Below are positions 25,738 to 32,000 of a stretch of DNA of 32,000 nt, one piece after another. The position numbers and the translations under genes were made by a program. The stretch's first letter is position 1; each line of letters opens with the position of its first letter. The DNA is from Candidatus Korarchaeum cryptofilum OPF8 (lineage in GTDB: Archaea > Korarchaeota > Korarchaeia > Korarchaeales > Korarchaeaceae): positions 1,170,001 through 1,202,000 of the forward strand of contig NC_010482.1 in the NCBI RefSeq assembly GCF_000019605.1, in the 5' to 3' direction. A model generated the notes under the pieces. That model did not search any database and was not told the origin of the DNA. It saw only the letters and a program-made list of their open reading frames with translations.

Positions 25738-25763
25738 TTGAGTTTAGGGGGAGGATTAGCTTT

Positions 25764-26969
25764 ATGGAGAGTAAGAAGGAGGCTACACACCCTAAATATA
25801 TTGCTAAGCTTGAAGTATCGGTAAATGGTGCCGTGGAGACTAGCGATGTCATAGGAGCTATATTCGGGCAGTTGGAGGGACTTCTAGGCCCTGAATTAGA
25901 ACTTAAAGACCTTCAAAGGACTGGAAAAATTGGTAGGATAAATATAAAGTTGAGGAGAGAGGGGGAGGGTTCAAAGGGGATAGTTGAGCTCTACTCAGGA
26001 CTAGATAAGGTAAGGACTGCCCTTTTAGTCGCAGCCATGGAGACCATCGATAAAGTCGGTCCATATCAGGCGAACTTCAAGCTCATAAAGATAGTAGATG
26101 AGAGAGAAGAGAGAAGGAATGATATAGCGAGGAGAGCTGCTGAAATACTGAAGAATTGGTCAATAGAGAAGGAGGATAGCTTCAGAAGGCTCATAGAATT
26201 TGTAGAGAGGGAGAGCGCTAAGTCAAACTTCATACTATACGGGGAGGAGCAGTTACCGGCTGGCAGAGGGATAGAGGAAGCTTCGGAGATAATAGTAGTG
26301 GAGGGAAGAGCGGATGTCATGAACTTGCTTAAGTACGGTTTTGATAATGTAATAGCCATGGGAGGAGCTTTAGAGAGAGTTCCTAAATCTTTAGAGAAAT
26401 TAATAGAAGAGAAGGAAGCTATAGCTTTCGTAGATGGAGATAGAGGTGGTGAAATGGTCCTAAGGACTCTTTTAGAGCAAACAGATATAGATTATGTGGC
26501 TAGAGCACCTGAGGGAAAGGTAGTAGAGGAATTGACCGCTAAGGAGATAAGAAAAGCCCTCTCGTCCGCTGTACCAGCGGATGAAGTGAGGAGGGAACTA
26601 GGGATATCTCCGCCTAAAGCTAAGCCCTTTGTCGAGCCTGAGGCGCATGAAACGAGGCCGGCTAGGGAGATAAATGAGAGGATAATTAGAGTACCGGAGG
26701 TGTTCAGGGGGTTCTATGAGAGGGTAATGAATACGGATAAGGTTCTACTCCTAGATGAGGATTTCAGGATCCTCAAGGAGACATCTGTCGCAGAGCTTTT
26801 GAATGAGCTCAATGAAACGAGGGGTGTGAGATACATAATATATGATAGGATAGTCACCCAGAGGATAGTCGATAAGGCTTACGAGATCGGTGTCAAGGCG
26901 ATAGTTGGAAATGTCGCTAAGGATATCGTGAGGAAGGGCGCTGGTCTCGCGATCTACACGATCCAGTGA
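25764..26969 (+). CDS. dnaG: archaeal DnaG-like primase (Toprim protein, exosome-associated)
   Basis: N-terminal KYIAKLEVSVNGAVETSDVIGAIFGQLEGLLG. Toprim motifs VVEGRADV and VDGDRGGE. GGGGGAGG SD. Confidence 0.9.
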   Translation: MESKKEATHPKYIAKLEVSVNGAVETSDVIGAIFGQLEGLLGPELELKDLQRTGKIGRINIKLRREGEGSKGIVELYSGLDKVRTALLVAAMETIDKVGPYQANFKLIKIVDEREERRNDIARRAAEILKNWSIEKEDSFRRLIEFVERESAKSNFILYGEEQLPAGRGIEEASEIIVVEGRADVMNLLKYGFDNVIAMGGALERVPKSLEKLIEEKEAIAFVDGDRGGEMVLRTLLEQTDIDYVARAPEGKVVEELTAKEIRKALSSAVPADEVRRELGISPPKAKPFVEPEAHETRPAREINERIIRVPEVFRGFYERVMNTDKVLLLDEDFRILKETSVAELLNELNETRGVRYIIYDRIVTQRIVDKAYEIGVKAIVGNVAKDIVRKGAGLAIYTIQ

Positions 26970-26972
26970 TAG

Positions 26973-28049
26973 GTGGACGAAGTGAGGATATTAGAGGAGG
27001 ACCTCAAGAGAGGCCTTGTTAAGCTCAGAGTAGATAATCTAAATGATATCTACTGGCTGGCCTCTATAATTGAGGAAGGAGACCTTATCACAATGAAGAC
27101 GCTCAGAAGGGTGAAGCAGGAGGGGATAAGAGCTGATAGTGGTGAGAGAATTCCTATGATACTCACCATAGAGGTCGATAAGGTAAAGTTGGATCCCTAT
27201 TCATCGAGATTGAGGATATCCGGCGTTGTGAGAGTTGGTCCAGATAAATTCGGAATTCAGGGGCAGCACCATACCTTCTCCGTTGATGAGGGATCTTCCT
27301 TGACAATAGTAAAGAAGGAATGGAGGAAAACTCACTTGGAGATATTGAAGAGGGCTGAGAGCATGTCCGAGAAGGGAGAGGTACTCCTCGTAGCTATGGA
27401 TGATGAAGGTGCTACTATAGCGAAGGCGGGCTCAATGAGGGTCGAGGAGATCGCTTACATAAGATCGAGGCTACCATCTAAGATGGATACTAGAGGAAGG
27501 GAGGGGGAAGAGAGGAGGTACTTTTCAGAGATTTTAGATACCTTAAGGGAGCTTTACTCCAAGATAAAACCTAGAGCGATAGTGGTAGGTGGACCCGGTT
27601 TCTTCAAAGATAGGTTCCTTTCATACGCGAGGGCCAAGGACCCGGAGATGGGGGAGAAGATGAGGGAGGGGGACGCAAGTAATGCTACATTCTCGGGAGT
27701 GTTGGAAATGATAAGGAGAGGAGAAGCAGATAAGGTTCTAAGGGAGCTAGATCTCGCCAAAGATATGGCAGCTGTTGAGGAAATATTTGAATTACTATCT
27801 AAAAATTCCGATTTAGTAACTTATGGAGTCGATGAGGTATTGGAGGCGGTGAACCAAGGAGCCGCTGAGATCGTCCTCATCTCAGCTTCAGTATTCTTCG
27901 ATCCGGATATGAGGGATAAGGTATTCTCATTAATCGAGGGATGCGAGAGGACGAGGGCTGAATTCAGGATAATAGACTCTACAAGCGAACCGGGAGAGAA
28001 GTTAGACGCTATAGGTGGAGTAGCGGCTAAGCTCAGGTACCGCATCTAA
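26973..28049 (+). CDS. pelA: Pelota (Dom34) mRNA surveillance/ribosome rescue factor
   Basis: 358 aa. N-terminal [19 protein letters not shown] Sm-like domain, then central and eRF1-like C-terminal domains ([15 protein letters not shown]). Confidence 0.9.
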
Positions 28050-28156
28050 TATTAGCTTTCCTGCAGCGATAGTTCTCTCGATTTGAACTTCATAGAGCGG
28101 AGCCCTTATGGCTGGGAGCTTAGAGAGCTTATTCTTAGCTAGGAGAATGCTAAATA

Positions 28157-28867
28157 TTAGATTTCCCCGCTTAACCTCTCATTAAACCACCTCTTGACAC
28201 TCTTCAGCTTGAGAATGGCCTCTTCCACAGCCTCGGTGGGCAGGAGCCTATAGCATATGTACAGTCCAGTCTTCCCCACGACCCTCCTCTTAGTCAGGAT
28301 GGCTATCCTTTCCTTAACGACCTCCTCGTCGATACCCAATATCCTCGCTGCAGCGCTCTCATAACCAATTACAGGGAATATTAGATGACCAGTTTCTACT
28401 GGGAAGATTAGTTTCAGCTCTTTATTCACCCCTGGCTTTCTGATGCCTCTTTCTACCTCCTCCAAACCCACTTTACCACCGAAATCGTAGAACTCCCTTT
28501 CGCTCCTCCTAATGAATCCCAGTGGAACAGAAACAACGAGCTCCTCATCGAAGTGTATATGATATTTTGGTATACTTCTGGGAGATGCTTGAACTATCTC
28601 CCTGTAGTATGGATTACCCAATTCGCTGGAGAGTGTATCCTCTATGAAGGATAGGGGGAGGGAATGATCCAATACTATTACATCGAGATCGCTCTCCTTC
28701 CTCACATCACCCCTCGCGACACTCCCATAAATGAATCCAGTAATACCAATTTTCCTCAGAACCCTCAGAACATGAGCTCCTCTGTCCCTCTTCCTCCTCA
28801 GCAACTCCCATCTATCCTCATCGTAGACTTCCTCACCCTCAGGCTTTATATTGAGTGATTCGTACAC
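28157..28867 (-). CDS. Pol-beta-superfamily nucleotidyltransferase, uncharacterised archaeal type
   Basis: NTase signature YGSVARGDVRKESDLDVIV (GS...D.D) plus a C-terminal domain of about 130 aa of unknown function. GTG start. Confidence 0.75.
   Translation of the reverse strand: MYESLNIKPEGEEVYDEDRWELLRRKRDRGAHVLRVLRKIGITGFIYGSVARGDVRKESDLDVIVLDHSLPLSFIEDTLSSELGNPYYREIVQASPRSIPKYHIHFDEELVVSVPLGFIRRSEREFYDFGGKVGLEEVERGIRKPGVNKELKLIFPVETGHLIFPVIGYESAAARILGIDEEVVKERIAILTKRRVVGKTGLYICYRLLPTEAVEEAILKLKSVKRWFNERLSGEI
28845..28852 (+). promoter_or_regulatory. TATA box for the TtuA-like gene, embedded in the first codons of the divergent NTase gene
   Basis: TTTATATT is centred about 26 nt upstream of the ATG cluster at 28871-28880. 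Confidence 0.4.
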
Positions 28868-28870
28868 CCG

Positions 28871-29545
28871 ATGCAGATGATGGATTCCCCTAAAAATATG
28901 ACATGCTCGAGGTGCGGATCCCCCAACGTGATTTTTATCAGGAGGTACTCGGGGGAGCTTCTATGCGAGAACTGCTTGAGGGATTCTCTACTGAGCCGTA
29001 TGAGGCGTACTGTCAGCAAATATGGTTTGTTATCGAGGGAAGATAGCATATTATTCTTAAGGACGAAGCTACCCTATGCGGGGATCCTCTTCGATCTTTT
29101 CATAGAGATGGAGTCCAAATTTCCCGTTAAAATAAGTTCGATAGACCTCGATTTTAAGTCTAGGGATGAGATAGTTGACCTGCTCCGGGAGGCATCTAGG
29201 AATCTCATTTCCTCCAGGGAAAAAGTAGTTCTTCCATTGATCCTAGACGATGCTGTTTCCCTATTGCTGAGATCAATATTTACTGGTTCTCCAGATTTCC
29301 TGATAATATCGGGTAGGCTTTACTTCCTCTTGAACGAATTAAGCAATTTTGTTGCCCCTTTCATCGAGATATCAGTTGAGGAGTTATCAGTTCTCTGCGG
29401 AGGCTCCGGATATGAGGTCAGGGATCCTTATATGAGAATGGTAGAGGAGTTGGAGGAGGAGAGCCCGGGAATCAGATTCAATATTTTAAGGTTCATGGAG
29501 AGGGCAGATTTTTTAAGAGCGATGGGGCTCGGTAATCGAAAGTGA
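28871..29545 (+). CDS. TtuA/NcsA(Ctu1)-family homologue lacking the PP-loop and Fe-S ligands (probable pseudoenzyme)
   Basis: N-terminal Zn ribbon CSRCG...LCENC. Family blocks LILDDAVSLLLRSIF, VAPFIEISVEELSVL and EEESPGIRFNILRF. SGGKDS is replaced by TKLPYA. Only 224 aa. Confidence 0.7.
   Translation: MQMMDSPKNMTCSRCGSPNVIFIRRYSGELLCENCLRDSLLSRMRRTVSKYGLLSREDSILFLRTKLPYAGILFDLFIEMESKFPVKISSIDLDFKSRDEIVDLLREASRNLISSREKVVLPLILDDAVSLLLRSIFTGSPDFLIISGRLYFLLNELSNFVAPFIEISVEELSVLCGGSGYEVRDPYMRMVEELEEESPGIRFNILRFMERADFLRAMGLGNRK
28891..28899 (-). promoter_or_regulatory. TATA box for the NTase gene, embedded in the first codons of the divergent TtuA-like gene
   Basis: Minus-strand ATATTTTTA is centred about 27 nt upstream of the GTG at 28867. 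Confidence 0.4.
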
Positions 29546-29557
29546 TAAGGTGATACC

Positions 29558-30997
29558 ATGTCTGAGAGAGAGGCTTACGAGGTCGTTCCTAAGGGGGAGG
29601 ACTTCTCCAGATGGTTTGATGAGGTGATCTTCAAATCAGAGATACTTGACGAGAGATATCCCGTTAAGGGTATGTATGTCTGGCTTCCGTACGGATACGA
29701 GCTCATGGAAAACATAATGAGCATAATGGAGAGACTTTTAAGGCAAACTGGACATAAGAGGGTATATTTCCCTTCGATAGTTCCTGAAAGCGTCCTTAGT
29801 AGGGAGTTCAGATTCATAAAAGGTTTTCAGGACTCCGTGTTCTGGATAACTAAGCTCGGAAGGCAGGACGCCCCTGAGAAGCTCGCCCTCAGGCCCACAA
29901 GCGAGGCTATAATGTATGAAGTCCTCTCTAGATGGATAAGTAGTTACAGGGATCTCCCGATAAGGATCTACCAGATAGCACCCATCTACAGGTATGAGAC
30001 TAAGGCCACGAGACCTATGTTGAGAGTTAGGGAAGTCGCGTTCTTCAAGGAAGGTCACACATTTCACGCGACATACGAGGAGGCCGTTGAACAAGTTAAC
30101 CTAGAGGTCTGGATATACAAGAGCTTCTATGATGAGCTTCTCGTCCCTTACATAGTGGTCAAGACGCTGCCATGGGACACCTTCCCGGGGGCTCTTTACA
30201 ATTACGATATAGTCACGATAATGCCAGATGGAAAGGCTCTGGAGTTAGGGAGCGCGATAAACTTCGGTGATCTATTCGCTAGGACATATGATCTTACTTA
30301 CATGGATGAGGATGGGCAGAGGAAGAACGTCAACACTACATCCTTCGGGATATCGGAGAGATCCCTAGCTGCCGTAATCGCGATACATGGAGATGATAGG
30401 GGCTTGAGGCTCCCTCCGAAGATAGCGCCGATACAGATAGTCATAGTTCCCATTCCAACGAAGGACTATGAGGAGAGGATAATGGAGTACTCTAGGGAAG
30501 TGAAGTCCACGCTCGAGAGGAGCTTTAGGGTCCACCTAGATGAGAGTGAGGAGAGGCCAGGCTATAAGTTCTATAAATGGGAGATGAAAGGTGTTCCAAT
30601 TAGGATAGAGATCGGAAGAAACGAGCTGGAGAGAAGGGAAGTTACGGTGTTCAGGAGAGACAAGATGGAGAGGGAAGCGATACCCATTGATAAATTGAAT
30701 GAGAGGATCTCCGAGATCTTAAAGGATATAGAGAGAGTTCTCTCCGAACAGGCATGGAGTTACTTTAGGGAGAGGATATTCCATGCTAGAAACATGGAGG
30801 AGCTCATTGAGAGCGTCAAAACTAAGGTAGTATCGTTCGCATGGTGCGGTAAAGAGGAGTGCGGCCATGAGGTTGAGGAGAAGGGTGGCTACGGCCTCTT
30901 AGGATATGAGGAGGATGCTCTGAAGGGAAAAGGGGAGAAGTGCATCGTTTGTGGTGATGAGGCCAGACATAGGTGTTGGATAGGGAGATCTTATTGA
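29558..30997 (+). CDS. proS: prolyl-tRNA synthetase (archaeal/eukaryote-like type)
   Basis: Class II core (RPTSEA, FRYE-like YRYETKATRPMLRVREV). C-terminal Zn-binding extension WCGKEECG...CIVCG ending in Tyr. Confidence 0.95.
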   Translation: MSEREAYEVVPKGEDFSRWFDEVIFKSEILDERYPVKGMYVWLPYGYELMENIMSIMERLLRQTGHKRVYFPSIVPESVLSREFRFIKGFQDSVFWITKLGRQDAPEKLALRPTSEAIMYEVLSRWISSYRDLPIRIYQIAPIYRYETKATRPMLRVREVAFFKEGHTFHATYEEAVEQVNLEVWIYKSFYDELLVPYIVVKTLPWDTFPGALYNYDIVTIMPDGKALELGSAINFGDLFARTYDLTYMDEDGQRKNVNTTSFGISERSLAAVIAIHGDDRGLRLPPKIAPIQIVIVPIPTKDYEERIMEYSREVKSTLERSFRVHLDESEERPGYKFYKWEMKGVPIRIEIGRNELERREVTVFRRDKMEREAIPIDKLNERISEILKDIERVLSEQAWSYFRERIFHARNMEELIESVKTKVVSFAWCGKEECGHEVEEKGGYGLLGYEEDALKGKGEKCIVCGDEARHRCWIGRSY

Positions 30998-31114
30998 ATT
31001 CTCTTTAAACAAATCTCTCCTATTTATCATAGCTACTCTTATTTCCCGGAGATGGATTCCCCCTCCCAGAGGAAACCTTTTATTCTGGAGGTGGTATGCT
31101 AGGCGGGTGATAGT

Positions 31115-31456
31115 ATGACAAAAAAGAGAAAGAACAGGGGTAGGAAGTTGGGAGGATCTGGACACGAGAGAACTGTTCAATGCTCGCAGTGCGGGAGAGT
31201 GATACCAGCCGACAAGGCAGTGAAGGTAACTAGATGGACCTCTCCCGTAGGTGGGAGCTTGGGGAAGGATCTGGAGAGGCAGGGGGCCTATATCTCTAAG
31301 AGGCTCGAGACCAGGTATTACTGCGTGAGCTGCGCTGTCTACTTGGGCATAGTCAGACCGAGGGCGGAGGAGGAGAGGAAGGAGGCCTTACCGATAAATA
31401 AACCGTATACGAAGAAACAGGTATCCAATCTACCGCTCAAGTTCCTCAAGGTCTGA
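31115..31456 (+). CDS. rps26e: 30S ribosomal protein eS26
   Basis: MTKKRKNRGR...VQCSQCGRVIPADKAVK...YYCVSCAVY matches the eS26 zinc-ribbon pattern. Confidence 0.85.
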   Translation: MTKKRKNRGRKLGGSGHERTVQCSQCGRVIPADKAVKVTRWTSPVGGSLGKDLERQGAYISKRLETRYYCVSCAVYLGIVRPRAEEERKEALPINKPYTKKQVSNLPLKFLKV

Positions 31457-32000
31457 TCAGAACCATTCCTCTAACCCACCCTTCTTACTTTCCTGAACCC
31501 TCAAGGGGGAGAGAGTTCTCTCGATAACCTGATCGAACAGGCTCAAGTAGTAATCCAGATCCGCGTCACTTACATCAAAGAATTCTGCAGGTCTTGCTCT
31601 ATCTGTCACGCTTCCAGGTCCTTTAATTATTATTATCCTAAGTACCTGACCCCTATGGACCTCTATCCCCTTCTCCGCTTTGAGCCATGTCGAGACCCTG
31701 AGGCCCTTCGTCATTCTCTCGAATCTTTCCTCTTCCTTCCCAATGGTCTCAAATATTATTAAATCCTCCCTCTTAATATCTCCTTTTATTATTTTATCCC
31801 TGAATTTGTTGACTATTTTTTCGATTTCGCTCTCCTTCCCCCTGAGGATAGCCTCAACGACCTCCCTCTGAGCCTCTTTGACTATCTTGGGATAATCTCT
31901 CCTTACGAACTCGAATCCCTTGGCAATAATCCTTCCATCCTCAAGCAAATGTGCATATTTTTTCTTCGCTAGGTAAATTCCTCTCAATGCCTTATAACGT
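31457..32000 (-). CDS. polB: second family B DNA polymerase, C-terminal (thumb) part only. The ORF runs off the window edge.
   Basis: LAKKKYAHLLEDGRIIAKGFEFVRRDYPKIVKEAQREVVEAIL matches the KKxYA / VRRDW region after Pol motif C. The reading frame stays open to position 32000. Confidence 0.85.
   Translation of the reverse strand, partial: RYKALRGIYLAKKKYAHLLEDGRIIAKGFEFVRRDYPKIVKEAQREVVEAILRGKESEIEKIVNKFRDKIIKGDIKREDLIIFETIGKEEERFERMTKGLRVSTWLKAEKGIEVHRGQVLRIIIIKGPGSVTDRARPAEFFDVSDADLDYYLSLFDQVIERTLSPLRVQESKKGGLEEWF

Noticed and set aside
25601-25852. Minus-strand ORFs 25601-25852 (83 aa) and 25608-25790 (60 aa)
   Set aside because: They cover the eS17/dnaG spacer and the dnaG 5' end. Their translations are low-complexity and family-less. 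The GC-rich palindromic hairpin (candidate H/ACA RNA) explains why stop codons are scarce on both strands.
28048-28157. Imperfect inverted repeat (AATATTAGC ... GCTAAATATT) flanking the pelota/NTase convergent spacer, and a 25-codon ORF within it
   Set aside because: The arms are short, AT-rich and contain an indel. The interior does not extend the pairing. The mini-ORF has no start signals. The match is probably coincidental, arising from the two stop-codon contexts.
30998-31114. proS/eS26 spacer checked for C/D or H/ACA-like RNA
   Set aside because: It has only a 4-bp GGAG/CTCC pairing and no box motifs with proper spacing. A TATA-like CTTTTATTC box about 30 nt upstream of the eS26 ATG explains the spacer.
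1-32000. Search for CRISPR arrays, transposases/integrases, tRNA/rRNA genes, toxin-antitoxin or other defence modules
   Set aside because: I found no spaced direct repeats, no recombinase-like ORFs and no cloverleaf-compatible segments. Every large ORF except two has a clear housekeeping or metabolic identity. The window looks like core chromosome, not an accessory island.

Overview
Compact, almost fully coding chromosomal segment (about 37 CDS) from a probably (hyper)thermophilic archaeon. The gene set points to a TACK-type lineage (Thermoproteota/Korarchaeota-like): eS26, eS17, RNase P Rpp29, GatD/GatE, archaeal DnaG, Pelota, OGG2-type glycosylase and two family-B DNA polymerases. Codon use is heavy in AGG/AGA/ATA. 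Many genes have a TATA-like box centred about 26 nt upstream of the start codon, which suggests leaderless mRNAs. Content in order: a Rieske/cytochrome b operon diverging from an sdhA-C-D-B operon; a desulfoferrodoxin-like/ogg/queT operon; the HMG-CoA synthase/thiolase/DUF35 module; gatDE; polB; a glycoprotein; a short L22-S3-L29-Rpp29-S17 ribosomal block; gcvT; a GlcD/GlcF-like oxidase; a WecC-like dehydrogenase; eS17; dnaG; pelota; a nucleotidyltransferase diverging from a TtuA-like gene; proS; eS26; and the 3' part of a second polB. I saw no rRNA, tRNA, CRISPR array, transposase/integrase or recognisable defence genes, so this is core-genome territory, not an accessory island. The points most worth a second look are listed here. 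(1) The operon-encoded thiolase has lost all three catalytic motifs while its HMGCS and DUF35 partners are intact. (2) An unannotated hairpin-ACA element with its own TATA box lies between eS17 and dnaG and is a candidate H/ACA guide sRNA. (3) A PP-loop-less, shortened TtuA/NcsA-like protein sits back-to-back with a Pol-beta-type nucleotidyltransferase, with interleaved promoters. (4) The conserved N-terminus of Rpp29 is encoded upstream of any canonical start codon. (5) A desulfoferrodoxin-like protein lacks one Fe ligand and the catalytic Lys, and is fused to an extra CxxC domain. All calls come from reading the sequence and recalling motifs; no database search was run.
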